A stretch of 64,000 bases of DNA from Rhodocyclaceae bacterium (lineage in GTDB: Bacteria; Pseudomonadota; Gammaproteobacteria; Burkholderiales; Rhodocyclaceae). Below the pieces are notes generated by a model, which searched no databases, was not told where the DNA came from, and saw only the letters and a program-made list of their open reading frames with translations. Where the stretch lies: positions 8,370 to 72,369 of the forward strand of contig JACAEF010000024.1 of assembly GCA_013388985.1 (NCBI GenBank), in the 5' to 3' direction. The translations under genes and the position numbers were made by a program. Below are positions 1-10,654 of the stretch, in pieces. The number at the start of each line of letters is the position of its first letter. Positions within the stretch are counted from its first letter, which is position 1.

Positions 1-160
1 CGGCGGCCAGCGCGGTCAGCGAGGCGATCGCGATCTGCACCAGGATCGCCGGACCGAAGAACCAGACGTAGGCGACGATGCCGGGGACGAGCGCGGCGAG
101 CACCTTCAGCATCACGGCGCGCACGCTGACGGGCTGGGAGATGTGGGGGGCGTAGGCCAT
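1..160 (-). CDS. rnfD: Rnf/Rsx electron-transport complex subunit D, first 53 codons only (gene continues beyond window start)
   Basis: Manual reverse-complement translation from ATG 160..158 gives [53 protein letters not shown]. This fits the RnfD/RsxD N-terminal pattern (..PGI.A..WFFG...LVQI). The start overlaps the rnfC stop (TGATG) and follows the rnfA-B-C order. Confidence 0.6.
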   Translation of the reverse strand, partial: MAYAPHISQPVSVRAVMLKVLAALVPGIVAYVWFFGPAILVQIAIASLTALAA

Positions 161-1665
161 CAGGAGCTGTCCTTTTCTTCGGCATGCGCGCGGCTCTGTG
201 CGGCGGCGATCACTGCTTCGGCGCCTTCCTGGGCGAGCTTGGCCTTGGTTTCCGCGGCCTTGGCCGCGAGGCGTGCGGCTTTTTCGGCCTTATCGCGCTC
301 CTCGCGGAACTTGCGGAATTCGTAACGCTCGCGCGCCCGGTCGGCGGCGGCTTTCTCGCGCTCGCGGGCGCGAATCTCCGCTTTCGCGAAGCGATAGTAA
401 TCGACCAGCGGGATGTGCGCCGGGCAGACGTAGGCGCAGCAGCCGCATTCGATGCAGTCGAACAGATGGTATTCCTGCGCCTTGCCGAAATTCTTCGCGC
501 GTGCATGCCAATAGAGTTCGTGGGGCTGCAGCACCATCGGGCAGACGCGGGTGCAGGCGCCGCAGCGGATGCAGGGCATCTCGGGGGGCGACGGCGGGAA
601 CAGCGTCGGGCTCATCGCCAGCAGGCAGTTGGTGGCTTTGACCACTGGCAGCGAGGTGTCCGGCAGCACGAAGCCCATCATCGGTCCGCCCATGACGATG
701 CGGTCGGTGTCCGCCTTGGGCTCGCCGAGTGCGAGCAGCGCATCGATCGGCGTGCCGATCGGCGCTTCGACGTTGCCCGGCCGGACGTAATTGCCCGCCA
801 GGGTGACGACGCGCGTGATCAGCGGTTCGTCGTGCAGCACCGCGCGCGCGACGGCATGGGCGGTGCCGACGTTGAAGCACTGCACACCGAAATCCGGACC
901 CAGCTTGCCGTAGGGAATTTCGATGCCGGTCAGCACGCGGATCAGCTGCTTTTCGCCGCCGGCGGGATAACGCGTCGGCACGCTGATCACCTGCATCTCG
1001 CCCTGGCCGACGGCTGCCACCGCGGCGCGCATCGCGGCTGCCGCGTCGGGCTTGTTGTCCTCGATGCCGATCAGGATGCGTTTGGCGCCCATCAGGTGGG
1101 CGATGATCGCCGCGCCGGCGACGATCGTCGGCGCACGCTCGCGCATCAGGCGGTCATCGCAGGTGATCCACGGCTCGCATTCGGCGCCGTTGATCACCAG
1201 CGTGTCGATGCGCGCATTCATCTTGACGTGGCTGGGAAACACCGCGCCACCGAGGCCGACGATGCCGGCCTCGCGGATACGGGCGCGCAGCTGCGCAGGG
1301 TCCGTGGCATAGGGGTCGAGCGGCACGCGCTCGCGCCAGGTCTCCGTGCCATCCGCTTCGATGATCGCGCAGGGTGCGGCCAGCGCCGAAGGATGAGGGA
1401 GCGTGCGCGATTCGATGGCGACGACTTTGCCGGAGGTCGGCGCATGCACGCAGGTGCCGAAGGGGCCTTCGGCGCTGCCGATGCATTGACCTTTCAGCAC
1501 CTGTTCGCCGGCCTGCACACGGATGTCGACACCGCCGGTGGCGCTCTGGCGGAACGGCACGACCAGCAGTGGCGGCAGCGGCGCCGGCACGATCGGCGTG
1601 CGTGCCGATTCTTCCTTGTGCGAATCCGGTTTCACGCCGCCAGGGAAGGCGAACAGTTCAAGCAT
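160..1665 (-). CDS. rnfC: Rnf/Rsx complex subunit C
   Basis: 501-aa ORF with two ferredoxin motifs ([24 protein letters not shown]), a K/A/E-rich C-terminal tail typical of RnfC, and a position between rnfB and rnfD. Confidence 0.9.
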   Translation of the reverse strand: MLELFAFPGGVKPDSHKEESARTPIVPAPLPPLLVVPFRQSATGGVDIRVQAGEQVLKGQCIGSAEGPFGTCVHAPTSGKVVAIESRTLPHPSALAAPCAIIEADGTETWRERVPLDPYATDPAQLRARIREAGIVGLGGAVFPSHVKMNARIDTLVINGAECEPWITCDDRLMRERAPTIVAGAAIIAHLMGAKRILIGIEDNKPDAAAAMRAAVAAVGQGEMQVISVPTRYPAGGEKQLIRVLTGIEIPYGKLGPDFGVQCFNVGTAHAVARAVLHDEPLITRVVTLAGNYVRPGNVEAPIGTPIDALLALGEPKADTDRIVMGGPMMGFVLPDTSLPVVKATNCLLAMSPTLFPPSPPEMPCIRCGACTRVCPMVLQPHELYWHARAKNFGKAQEYHLFDCIECGCCAYVCPAHIPLVDYYRFAKAEIRAREREKAAADRARERYEFRKFREERDKAEKAARLAAKAAETKAKLAQEGAEAVIAAAQSRAHAEEKDSS

Positions 1666-2227
1666 GGTGGATCACCGTCCTGACGGGCTGGAGCTGATAG
1701 ACCGGATATTTCCATTTCCAGGTGTCGAGGGTTTCCGGCAAGGGCTGCATATGGATGCAATTGACCGGGCAAGGCGGCACGCACAGCTCGCAGCCGGTAC
1801 ATTGCGACGCGATCACCGTGTGCATCTGCTTCGCGGCACCGACGATCGCATCGACCGGACAGGCCTGGAGGCACAGCGTGCAGCCGATGCAAAGGTTTTC
1901 GTCGATGACCGCGACGCTCTTCGGCTTCTCGACGCCATGCTCGGCCGAGAGCGGCTTGAATTCACGGCCGAGCAGGTCGGCGAGCTTGCGGATGCCTTCC
2001 TCGCCGCCGGGCGGGCACTGGTTGATGTCGGCCTCGCCCTTGGCGATCGCCTCGGCATAGGGCTTGCAGCCGGGATAGCCGCACTGGCCGCATTGCGTCT
2101 GCGGCAGGATCGCGTCGATCTTCTCGACCAGCGGGTCGCCCTCGACCTTGAAACGCACGGCGGCGAAACCGAGTGCCGCGCCGAGCACGACGGCGCCCAA
2201 AGCCATGACCAGGATCGCCGCGAGCAT
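1658..2227 (-). CDS. rnfB: Rnf/Rsx complex subunit B (Fe-S)
   Basis: 189 aa with an N-terminal TM helix, the CGQCGYPGC motif, and two 4Fe-4S motifs ([24 protein letters not shown]). Overlaps the rnfC start by 8 nt. Confidence 0.9.
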   Translation of the reverse strand: MLAAILVMALGAVVLGAALGFAAVRFKVEGDPLVEKIDAILPQTQCGQCGYPGCKPYAEAIAKGEADINQCPPGGEEGIRKLADLLGREFKPLSAEHGVEKPKSVAVIDENLCIGCTLCLQACPVDAIVGAAKQMHTVIASQCTGCELCVPPCPVNCIHMQPLPETLDTWKWKYPVYQLQPVRTVIHHA

Positions 2228-2812
2228 TTACTTGTATTTGTCCAGTCCAGCGAAACCCATGAAGGCCAGGCTCATGATCCCGGCGGTGATCATCGCGATC
2301 GCGGTGCCGCGGAAATGCACCGGCACGTCCGCGCCTTCGAGACGTTCGCGCAGGCCGGCGAAGATCAGCAACGCCAGCGTGAAGCCCAGCGCCGAGCCGA
2401 AGCCGAACAGCAGCGATTCGGCGAGATCGTGCTTTAGGCCGATGTTGAGCAGCGGGATGCCCAGCACAGCACAGTTGGTGGTGATCAGCGGCAGGTAGAT
2501 GCCCAGCACCTGGTGCAGCACGGGACTCGTCTTCTGGATCACCAGCTCGGTGAGCTGGACGATCGCCGCGATGGTGACGATGAAGGAGAGGGTGCGCAGG
2601 TAGAGCAGGTCGTTGGGGGCGAGCAGCCAGCGGTCGATCACATAGCTGGTGCCGCAGGCCAGCGTCAGCACGAAGGTGGTGGCGGCGCCCATGCCGATGG
2701 CGGTTTCCAGCTTCTTCGACACGCCCATGAACGGACACAGGCCGAGGATGCGCACGAAGACGACGTTATTGACGAGAACCGCGCCCAGGATGATGAAAAG
2801 ATAGCTGGTCAT
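2228..2812 (-). CDS. rnfA: Rnf/Rsx complex subunit A (membrane)
   Basis: 194-aa polytopic membrane protein of the RnfA/NqrE type ([17 protein letters not shown]). Abuts rnfB. Confidence 0.9.
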   Translation of the reverse strand: MTSYLFIILGAVLVNNVVFVRILGLCPFMGVSKKLETAIGMGAATTFVLTLACGTSYVIDRWLLAPNDLLYLRTLSFIVTIAAIVQLTELVIQKTSPVLHQVLGIYLPLITTNCAVLGIPLLNIGLKHDLAESLLFGFGSALGFTLALLIFAGLRERLEGADVPVHFRGTAIAMITAGIMSLAFMGFAGLDKYK

Positions 2813-2970
2813 GATGTCGGGTGATCGCCATGCACACTAAGGCACGGCGACAGCCGCGGATTATCGCGCTTCGGCCAAGGAACAACAACCCTGCGCGCGC
2901 CGCGGGGATGTGCCGTCCTGGCGCTGCTCGTAAAAACAACCCCGCCTCTCGACCTCGCAGCGCAGTCGGC

Positions 2971-4875
2971 TCACGTCGGCATGTGATGCGTATCGAGGGA
3001 ATAGCTCTTTTCCAGAAACAGCCTCAGGCAGGCATCCGCCACCGCAGCATCGTATAGCCTGCCCTTGTGGCGAGAAATTTCCTGCAGCGCAGGGTAGATG
3101 CCGAAGCCGGGGCGATAGGGGCGATGCGAGGCCATGGCCTCGACCACGTCGGCCACCGCGAGGATGCGCGCCTCCAACAGGATGTCCGGTTCGCACCGGC
3201 CATCCGGATAGCCTGAGCCGTCCAATCTCTCGTGGTGCTGCAGGACGATGTCGGCCACCGGCCAGGGGAAGTCGATGCTCTTGAGGATTTCGTAGCCGGC
3301 TCTGGGGTGGGTCTTGATGATCTCGAACTCGGCGTCGGTGAGCTTGCCCGGGTTGGCGAGGATTTCCGCCGGCACGTGGATCTTGCCGATATCGTGGACG
3401 ATGCCCGCCATGCGCAGTCCCTGGATGCGATCCGCGTCCAGTCCCATTTCGCGGGCGATGGCGCAGGCCAGTTCCGCCACGCGCCGCTGGTGGCCGGCGG
3501 TGTAGGGGTCGCGCATCTCGACCGTGCCGGCGATGGCGGTCACCGCGTGATCCAGGCTGGCGTCGAGCTTCTCCAGGATGCCCATGCGCTCGGCACGCGA
3601 ACGCAGGTTGCCGATGCCGAAGGCGAGGTCACCCGCCAGTTCCTGCAGCAGCGCCACCGTCTCGCCGTCGAAGGCATTGGCTTCGCGGCTGCCCACCCAC
3701 AGACAGCCGAAATGATGCCCCTCCGACACCAGGGGCAGCATCGCGGCGGAGGTAGCATCCAGTTCTGCGTTGACCGTCCCGAGTTTGGGTTCGTGCGTGA
3801 GATCGTTGCAGATGTCGGCCGTGCCGGTCTGAAACTTTCCGCCGGTTTCCGCCGCGCGCCGGGTACAGAAAGCCACCACCCAGCGCGTTTCTTCCTCGTT
3901 CAATCCCGCTGCACCCGCCACTGTCAACGCGTGCTCGGCGCCATTGCCGTGAAGGACGCAGGCGCCACGGAAGCCGCCGTGGTTGACCAAGACGCGGCAC
4001 ATTTCCCGGCAGAGCGTCAGTTCGTCGGTAGCATGCACCAGCGTCTGATTGCACAGGCTGATGGTGCGGTACATCCGGTCGAGGCGTTCGATGCGCTGAC
4101 GCGCCCGCCGCTGTTCGGTGACATCCCAGAAGATACCGAGGATGCCGGTGGGCCCGCCCGAGGCGGCGAGGAGCGGCACCTTCACCGTATGCACCCAGGA
4201 TTCCTGTCCATCGGCGGCGCGGTAGGGCTCCTCGATCTCCTCGACGCGTCCGCCGGCCATGATGCGTGCGTCGTCGGCCCGGTATTTCTCCGCCAGCTCC
4301 CGTGGGTAGAACTCGAAATCGTCGCGTCCGGCGATGTCGTCCGGCTGCGCCAGTTTCAGCTCTCGGGCATAGGCCGCGTTACAGGCGACGTAGACGGAGC
4401 GGCTGTCCTTCCAGAAGATCTTCTGTGGCAGGTTCTCCAGCAGGGTGCGATGCTTGGCCTCGCTCGCGGCGATCGCGGCGCGGGCCCGGTCGAGGGCGGT
4501 GATGTCGGTCAGGTCGTGGCGGCTGCAAAGATACGCGCCGTGCGCATCGAACAGGGGCGCGGAGCGCGACAGGAAGACCCGGCCGTCCGGCAGACGCACT
4601 TCTTCCGTTTCCTCTTCCTCCGCCTTGTCCATCGCATGGAGACAGGAGGGCAGGGGGCCGCCGTTCTTGGGGAACACCTCCCAGTAGGGGCGGCCAAGCG
4701 CTTCTTCTTCGGTCATGCCGGCGAGCGCCAGGTAGGCGCGGTTGGCCAGAATGAGACGGAATTCCCTGTCGTGGAGGAAGATCGGGTTGGGCCCGGCGTC
4801 CAGGACACGGCGCAGGTCGATGTCGCGGATATCGATTGCCATGGGACCCCCTTCCTTCTCCGAAGCCATCAACAT
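2971..4875 (-). CDS. PAS-PAS-GAF-HD-GYP signalling protein (probable c-di-GMP phosphodiesterase)
   Basis: 634 aa. The C-terminus carries HD-GYP hallmarks (HDIGKIHVP ... HHERLDGSGYP). The N-terminal half has two PAS-like segments followed by a GAF-like segment. Confidence 0.8.
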   Translation of the reverse strand: MLMASEKEGGPMAIDIRDIDLRRVLDAGPNPIFLHDREFRLILANRAYLALAGMTEEEALGRPYWEVFPKNGGPLPSCLHAMDKAEEEETEEVRLPDGRVFLSRSAPLFDAHGAYLCSRHDLTDITALDRARAAIAASEAKHRTLLENLPQKIFWKDSRSVYVACNAAYARELKLAQPDDIAGRDDFEFYPRELAEKYRADDARIMAGGRVEEIEEPYRAADGQESWVHTVKVPLLAASGGPTGILGIFWDVTEQRRARQRIERLDRMYRTISLCNQTLVHATDELTLCREMCRVLVNHGGFRGACVLHGNGAEHALTVAGAAGLNEEETRWVVAFCTRRAAETGGKFQTGTADICNDLTHEPKLGTVNAELDATSAAMLPLVSEGHHFGCLWVGSREANAFDGETVALLQELAGDLAFGIGNLRSRAERMGILEKLDASLDHAVTAIAGTVEMRDPYTAGHQRRVAELACAIAREMGLDADRIQGLRMAGIVHDIGKIHVPAEILANPGKLTDAEFEIIKTHPRAGYEILKSIDFPWPVADIVLQHHERLDGSGYPDGRCEPDILLEARILAVADVVEAMASHRPYRPGFGIYPALQEISRHKGRLYDAAVADACLRLFLEKSYSLDTHHMPT

Positions 4876-5039
4876 TGACCGCGAATTCCTTCTGAAGGTT
4901 TCAAAAAGTTTAACGCACCAATGCGCCGATCTTCGTCAGCAACCTCTCCTTCTGAAAGTTTAAGCGATGGAACCGGTAGCGCCGGCCTCGATGCTGGCGA
5001 GTACGAAAGACTCCTGCGAGAGGCAGTGGGCGGGTCTTC

Positions 5040-7121
5040 TTACTCCTCCGCCAGCTCGCCGAGCAGCAGCTCCTGCGCGCAGGTGCGCACGCGCCGCGAG
5101 GGACGGATGCGGTAATCGCCGTCGCTGTCCATGTCCCAGGCCTGGCAGTTGTCGGCCAGATAAGCGCGCAGGCCTTCCCGGATCACGCGCCGTTTGAGCT
5201 TCGGATCGAGCACCGGAAAGCAGACCTCGATGCGCCGGAAGAAGTTGCGTTCCATCCAGTCGGCGCTGCCGAGATAAAGCCGCTCGGCGCCGTCGGCATG
5301 GAAATAGAAGATGCGGTGGTGTTCGAGGAAGCGGCCGATCACCGAGCGCACGCGGATGTTTTCGGAAAGCGTCGGCACGCCGGGGCGCAGGCAGCAGACG
5401 CCGCGCACGATCAGGTCGATCTTCACGCCTGCCTGGCTCGCGGCGTAGAGCGCCTCGATGATCTGCGGTTCGAGCAGCGCGTTCATCTTGGCGATGATCT
5501 GTGCCTTGCGTCCGGCCTTGGCGATCTTGGTTTCCGCCCGGATCGCTTCCAGCATGTTGTCGTGCAGCGTGAAGGGGGCCTGCCAGAGATGCTTGAGCTC
5601 GACGGCCTTGCCCAATCCGGTGAGCTGCTTGAAGATTTCACTGACGTCGGCGGTGATTTCGTCGTGGCAGGTCAGCAAGCCGAAGTCGGTGTAGAAGCGC
5701 GTCGTGCGCGGGTGGTAGTTGCCGGTGCCCAGATGCGCGTAGCGGCGATAGCCGTGTTCCTCGCGCCGCAGCACCAGCATCATCTTGGCATGGGTCTTGT
5801 AGCCGAACACGCCATAGACGACATGGGCGCCGACCTCTTCGAGCCGCGCGGCGATCGAGAGGTTCGCCTCCTCGTCGAAGCGGGCCATCAGCTCGACGAC
5901 GACGGTGACTTCCTTGCCCTTCTGCGCGGCGCGCAGCAGGTGTTCCATCAGCACCGAATCGGTGCCGGTGCGATAGACGGTCATCTTGATCGCCACCACC
6001 TGCGGATCGTCGACCGCCTGCTTGAGGAAATCGATCACCGGCGTGAAGGACTGGTAGGGGTGATGCAGCAGGACATCGCCCTTGCGGATCACGTCGAAGA
6101 GGTCCTGGCGTCCGCTCAACTGCCGCGGCAAGCCGGGCTGGAAGGGTTTGAACTTGAGATCGGGGCGGTCGACGCGGTCCGGTACCGAGATCAGCCGCAC
6201 CAGGTTGACGATGCCGTGCACCTGATACAGATCGTCGCGGCCGAGACCGAACTGCTGGAGCAGGAATTCGACCATCGCCGGCGAGCAGTTGTCGGGCACT
6301 TCGAGCCGCACCGCATCGCCGAAATGGCGCTGCGGCAATTCGCCCTGCAGCGCGGTGCGCAGGTTCTTGACTTCTTCCTCGTCGACGAACAGGTCGGAGT
6401 TGCGCGTGACGCGGAACTGGTAACAGCCGAGCACGTTCATGCCGGCGAACAGTTCGCCGACGTAGCGGTGCATCACCGAGGAGAGGAAGACGAAGCCGTA
6501 GTCGATGCCGGTGAGCTCGCGCGGCAGCTGGATGACGCGCGGCAGCGCGCGCGGCGCCTGGACGATCGCCGCGCCGCCGGCACGACCGAAGGCGTCCATG
6601 CCTTCGAGCTCGACCGCGAAATTGAGGCTTTTGTTGAGCACGCGCGGGAAAGGGTGTGCCGGATCGAGGCCGATCGGCGTGAGCACCGGCATCACCTCGC
6701 GGCGGAAATAGTCGTGGATCCAGGCTTCCTGTGCCTCCGTCCATTCCGAGCGCTTGAAGAAGCAGATGCCTTCCTTGCGTAGCGCCGGCAGGATCACCTG
6801 GTTGAGCAGCGCATACTGCTCTTCGATCAGCCGGTGCGCCTCGCGCGTGACGAGGCGGAACACTTCCTGCGGCGAGCGCCGGTCGGCGCCGGTGATGCTG
6901 CTCTTGAGTTTGATCTGCTCCTTGATGCCGGCGACGCGGATCTCGAAGAATTCGTCGAGGTTCGACGAGACGATGCACAGGAAGCGCAGGCGTTCGAGCA
7001 GGGGCACGCGCGCGTCGGCGGCCTGGGCTAGCACGCGGCGGTTGAAGGCGAGCAGGGACAGTTCGCGGTTGAGGAAGTGTTCCGCCGGGTATTCGGGCGG
7101 CGCGGCCGGAAGCGTGGTCAT
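5040..7121 (-). CDS. ppk: Polyphosphate kinase 1
   Basis: PPK1-like sequence throughout (FLNRELSLLAFNRRVL, GYKTHAKMMLV with the phospho-His, LYLGSADWMERN). Start placed at Met40 of the ORF (MTTLPAAPPEY), giving 693 aa. The upstream extension runs into the intergenic repeat. Confidence 0.9.
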   Translation of the reverse strand: MTTLPAAPPEYPAEHFLNRELSLLAFNRRVLAQAADARVPLLERLRFLCIVSSNLDEFFEIRVAGIKEQIKLKSSITGADRRSPQEVFRLVTREAHRLIEEQYALLNQVILPALRKEGICFFKRSEWTEAQEAWIHDYFRREVMPVLTPIGLDPAHPFPRVLNKSLNFAVELEGMDAFGRAGGAAIVQAPRALPRVIQLPRELTGIDYGFVFLSSVMHRYVGELFAGMNVLGCYQFRVTRNSDLFVDEEEVKNLRTALQGELPQRHFGDAVRLEVPDNCSPAMVEFLLQQFGLGRDDLYQVHGIVNLVRLISVPDRVDRPDLKFKPFQPGLPRQLSGRQDLFDVIRKGDVLLHHPYQSFTPVIDFLKQAVDDPQVVAIKMTVYRTGTDSVLMEHLLRAAQKGKEVTVVVELMARFDEEANLSIAARLEEVGAHVVYGVFGYKTHAKMMLVLRREEHGYRRYAHLGTGNYHPRTTRFYTDFGLLTCHDEITADVSEIFKQLTGLGKAVELKHLWQAPFTLHDNMLEAIRAETKIAKAGRKAQIIAKMNALLEPQIIEALYAASQAGVKIDLIVRGVCCLRPGVPTLSENIRVRSVIGRFLEHHRIFYFHADGAERLYLGSADWMERNFFRRIEVCFPVLDPKLKRRVIREGLRAYLADNCQAWDMDSDGDYRIRPSRRVRTCAQELLLGELAEE

Positions 7122-7168
7122 GGTGGAGCGTGGGGCGGTTGCGGATGGCGCAAGTATGACACGTCGCT

Positions 7169-7194
7169 GTGCCGTTCCGCCAGCGCCGACTTTC
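7169..7194 (+). repeat. Dispersed intergenic repeat, copy 1 (GTGCCGTTCCGCCAGCGCCGACTTTC)
   Basis: Read directly. One of 10 near-identical copies in the window. Lies between the divergent ppk and ppx starts. Confidence 0.85.
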
Positions 7195-7249
7195 TTGCAA
7201 GGCGCGTTTTCGGGGCTGCTAGAATTGCCGCACTGCACACAGGGACGGA

Positions 7250-8752
7250 TTGCCTATCGTGGTTCATGAACACGTCGCCGCCGTCGACATCGGATCCAAC
7301 AGTTTCCGCCTTCAGGTTGGACGCGTGGTCGGCAACCAGATCTATCCGCTCGACAGTCTCAAGGAGCCGGTGCGTCTGGCCGCCGGCCTGACCGCGGAGA
7401 AGTGGCTCGATGCCGCCGCGCAGCGGCGCGGCCTGGCGGCGCTGGCGCGTTTCGGCGAGCGTCTGCGCGGGTTCGCGCCCGAAGCCGTGCGCGCCGTCGC
7501 CACCAACACGCTGCGCGTGGCGCGCAATGCCGCCCAATTCCTCGCCCAGGCCGAGGCGGTGCTCGGCTTTCCGATCGAGGTGATCGCCGGCCGCGAGGAG
7601 GCGCGCCTGATCTATCTCGGCGTCGCCCATACCCTGCCCAGCCAGCGCATCCGGCATCTGGTCGTCGATATCGGCGGTGGCTCCACCGAGTTCATCATCG
7701 GCCGCAATCTCAAACCGCAGCAGCTCGAATCGCTCTACATGGGCTGCGTCGGTTACAGCCTGCGTTACTTTCCCGCGGGCCGCATCGACAAGCGCAACAT
7801 GAAAGAGGCCGAACTGGCCGCACGGCGCGAGCTGCAAACCATCGTGCATGCCTATCGCGCCACGGGCTGGGACCAGGCGGTGGGTTCGTCCGGGACGGCC
7901 AAGGCGATCTGCGATCTGCTCGAATTCAACGGCTTCGCCGCGGGCACCATCACTTACGACGGCCTCGAACGGCTGCGGCACCGCCTCGTGACGGCCGGCC
8001 ATGCCGCCAAGACCGGCCTGGCCGGCATGCGGCCGGATCGCGTGCCGGTGTTGCCGGGCGGCGTGGCGATCATGTCGGCCGTGTTCAAGGAGCTGGGACT
8101 CGAGGAAATGGTCTATTCCGAGGGCGCGCTGCGTCTGGGCGTGCTCTACGACCTGCTCGGCCGCTATCACCACGAGGACATGCGCGAGGCGACCGTCAAG
8201 CGCTTCATCCAGCGTTACGAGGTCGATCGCAGCCAGGCCGCGCGGGTGGCGACGACGGCGCTCGAGCTCTATCAGCAATTGCGGCCGCAGGAGGACATCG
8301 AGACTTCGCCGGCGGCGCAGTTCCTCGCCTGGGCGGCGCGCCTGCACGAGATCGGCGTTTCCGTCGCGCATACGAGCTATCACAAGCATAGCGCCTACAT
8401 CCTCGCCAATGCCGACATGCCGGGCTTCTCGCGCCGCGACCAGGCGCTGCTGGCGCGTCTCGTGCTCGCCCACCGCGGCAAGCTCGAACGGGTGCAGCCG
8501 CTGCCGCGGGAGGCGCCCGAGTGGCTGCTGATCTTCTGTCTGCGCATCGCCGCGCTGCTGCACCGCGCCCGTGACGACGCGCCCTTGCCGGAGCTCCACG
8601 CCCGTCTCGGCGCGAAGGGCTTCGAGCTGGCCCTCGACCGCGAATGGCTCGCCGAGGCGCCCCTGACGGCCACCGCGCTGGACGAAGAGGTCGAGCAATG
8701 GGCGAGCGTCGGTATCGGTTTCAGGGTGCGCGGCCTGCGCGCACCAGCCTGA
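7250..8752 (+). CDS. ppx: Exopolyphosphatase (Ppx/GppA family)
   Basis: ASKHA-fold motifs AAVDIGSNSFRL and VVDIGGGSTEF, 500 aa, divergent from ppk. The ORF starts at TTG, so the exact start is uncertain. Confidence 0.85.
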   Translation: MPIVVHEHVAAVDIGSNSFRLQVGRVVGNQIYPLDSLKEPVRLAAGLTAEKWLDAAAQRRGLAALARFGERLRGFAPEAVRAVATNTLRVARNAAQFLAQAEAVLGFPIEVIAGREEARLIYLGVAHTLPSQRIRHLVVDIGGGSTEFIIGRNLKPQQLESLYMGCVGYSLRYFPAGRIDKRNMKEAELAARRELQTIVHAYRATGWDQAVGSSGTAKAICDLLEFNGFAAGTITYDGLERLRHRLVTAGHAAKTGLAGMRPDRVPVLPGGVAIMSAVFKELGLEEMVYSEGALRLGVLYDLLGRYHHEDMREATVKRFIQRYEVDRSQAARVATTALELYQQLRPQEDIETSPAAQFLAWAARLHEIGVSVAHTSYHKHSAYILANADMPGFSRRDQALLARLVLAHRGKLERVQPLPREAPEWLLIFCLRIAALLHRARDDAPLPELHARLGAKGFELALDREWLAEAPLTATALDEEVEQWASVGIGFRVRGLRAPA

Positions 8753-8759
8753 TGCATCG

Positions 8760-9875
8760 ATGAATCCGGCGGGATTCGCGCTGCGGCGCGGCGAGGATGG
8801 CGCCGACGAGATCGTCCTCGAAGGGGCCTGGGTCCTGCGCGCGATCGTCGCCGCCGGACGTCCCTGGCTGGTGCGTCTGCAGGAGGTGGCGGCTGACAGG
8901 AACCTGCGCTGGAACGGCCTGGGCATCGAGGCGCTCGACTCGGCGGGGGCGGTGCTGCTCTGGCATCTTTGGGGACGGCGGCTGCCCGAAGCCTTGCTGC
9001 TCGCGCCGGGACATCGCGAGCTCTTCGCGCGTATCGCAGGCATCCCGAAGCCGCCGGGCGGAGGGCGAGAGCCCTATGCCTGGCTCGTCGCGCTTGGCCT
9101 AGCGAGCCTGTCGCTCGCGTGGCATGTGCGAGACTTCATCGTCCTCTTGGGGCAGCTCGTGCTGGATATGCTCCATCTGCTGCGCCATCCAAGCGATCTG
9201 CCGAAGCGGGAAATCTCGGCCAACATCTACAAGACGGGGGTGCGGGCGATGCCGGTCACGGCGCTGGTCGGCTTCCTGATCGGCGTGGTGCTCTCCTATC
9301 TGTCGGCCTTGCAGCTTCGGCAGCTGGGCGCGGACATGTTCATCGTCAACATCCTCGGCTTCGGCATCATCCGCGAGCTCGGCCCGCTCCTGGTCGCGGT
9401 GCTGGTCGCCGGCCGCTCGGGCTCGGCGATGACGGCCCAGCTGGGGGTGATGCGCGTCACCGAGGAAATCGATGCGCTGGTCGCGATGGGCGTGCCGCGC
9501 AGCCTGCGGCTGGTGTTCCCGAAAGTGGTGGCGCTGGCAGTCACCGTGCCGCTGCTGGTGGTGTGGACTTCCGGCATCGCGCTCGCCGGCGGCATGGTGG
9601 CGGCGAACTTCCAGCTCGACATCGGCTATGGCTTCTTTTTCGACGCGCTGCCGAAGGCGGTGCCGGTGGCGAACCTGTGGATCGGGCTGGTCAAGGGTTT
9701 CGCCTTCGGCGTGGCGATCGCCCTGGTGGCCTGCCATTTCGGCCTGCGCGTGCTGCCCAACACCGAGAGCCTGTCCTTCAACACCACGGCTTCGGTGGTC
9801 ACCGCGATCACGTTCGTGATCCTGATCGATGCGGTGTTCGCGATCGTCACGCGCACCATCGGCATGCCCCTATGA
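8760..9875 (+). CDS. MlaE/YrbE-family ABC permease with N-terminal STAS-like extension
   Basis: The C-terminal ~255 aa is MlaE-like (IRELGPLLVAVLVAGRSGSAMTAQLGVMRVTEEIDAL). The N-terminal ~110 aa is soluble and STAS-like. Confidence 0.8.
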   Translation: MNPAGFALRRGEDGADEIVLEGAWVLRAIVAAGRPWLVRLQEVAADRNLRWNGLGIEALDSAGAVLLWHLWGRRLPEALLLAPGHRELFARIAGIPKPPGGGREPYAWLVALGLASLSLAWHVRDFIVLLGQLVLDMLHLLRHPSDLPKREISANIYKTGVRAMPVTALVGFLIGVVLSYLSALQLRQLGADMFIVNILGFGIIRELGPLLVAVLVAGRSGSAMTAQLGVMRVTEEIDALVAMGVPRSLRLVFPKVVALAVTVPLLVVWTSGIALAGGMVAANFQLDIGYGFFFDALPKAVPVANLWIGLVKGFAFGVAIALVACHFGLRVLPNTESLSFNTTASVVTAITFVILIDAVFAIVTRTIGMPL

Positions 9876-10645
9876 GCAGCGATCCTCCCGTGGTCTCCAT
9901 CCGCGATCTTTCCACCCGGCTGGGCGGGCGCTGGATCCATCGCCATCTGGATCTGGAAATCAAACGCGGCGAGCGGGTGGCGCTGGTGGGCGATTCGGGC
10001 AGCGGCAAGACGACGCTGCTGCGGCAGATGATCGGTCTTCTGACGCCCACCGAAGGCGAGGTGCGCCTGTTCGGCGAACCGCTGTTCGGCGGGGGCGTGG
10101 CGCGCGAACGGGCGCTGCGGCAGCGTTTCGGCGTGCTGTTCCAGCAGGGGGCGCTGTTTTCCGCGTTCGACGTCTTCGCCAACATCGCCTTTCCGCTGCG
10201 AGAGTTGAAGACGCTCGACGAGGCGGTGATCCGCGACCTGGTGATGCTCAAGCTCGAAATGGTCGAGCTGCCCGCGCATGCCGCGCACCTGATGCCGGCC
10301 CAGCTCTCCGGCGGGATGATCAAGCGCGTCGCGCTGGCGCGCGCGCTTTCGCTCGAACCGGAACTCTTGCTGCTCGACGAACCCACTGCCGGCCTCGATC
10401 CCGACCTCTCCGAAGCCTTCGAGCGGCTGATCCGGAGCCTGTGCGAGCGGCTCGGTCTGACGGTGGTGTTCGTCACCCACGATCTCGATACCGTCGCTGC
10501 GCTCGCCAGCCGTGTCGCCGTGCTGGCGGAGCAGAGGATTCTCGCTTATGGGGCGATCGATGAGATCATGCGCATCGACCATCCCTTTGTGCATAATTTC
10601 TTCCATTCCACCCGGGGGCGCCATGCCTTTGCCGCGTTTCGCTGA
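9872..10645 (+). CDS. MlaF-like ABC transporter ATP-binding protein
   Basis: Walker A GDSGSGKTT, signature LSGGMIKRVALARAL, Walker B LLLLDEPTAGLDP. The ATG overlaps the upstream stop (ATGA). The upstream part of ORF 8969..10645 is a frame-shadow of the permease. Confidence 0.85.
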   Translation: MSSDPPVVSIRDLSTRLGGRWIHRHLDLEIKRGERVALVGDSGSGKTTLLRQMIGLLTPTEGEVRLFGEPLFGGGVARERALRQRFGVLFQQGALFSAFDVFANIAFPLRELKTLDEAVIRDLVMLKLEMVELPAHAAHLMPAQLSGGMIKRVALARALSLEPELLLLDEPTAGLDPDLSEAFERLIRSLCERLGLTVVFVTHDLDTVAALASRVAVLAEQRILAYGAIDEIMRIDHPFVHNFFHSTRGRHAFAAFR

Positions 10646-10654
10646 AGCCTGAAG

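Noticed and set aside
184-1683. Many very long ORFs lie antisense to, or out of frame with, the called genes. Examples: 184..1683(+), 3232..4878(+), 5298..6782(+), 7118..9043(-), 9626..11653(-), 13294..15591(-), 20508..22259(-), 30577..33132(-), 40417..42198(+), 44825..45805(-), 54758..57298(-), 57112..58794(-), 59175..60809(-) and 62564..63949(-).
   Set aside because: These are typical high-GC shadow ORFs. They are Arg/Ala/Pro/Gly-rich with no recognisable motifs. Each overlaps a strongly supported gene on the other strand or in another frame.
8969-9871. N-terminal 300 codons of ORF 8969..10645, plus similar 5' extensions of ORFs 25388..27547, 18241..19353, 17468..18343, 40288..43164, 45586..47028, 57187..58494, 60101..61825 and 51519..52436.
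   Set aside because: The extensions are out-of-frame overlaps with upstream genes or run across intergenic repeats or tRNA genes. In each case an internal start with an RBS, stop-start coupling or a family-typical N-terminus was chosen.
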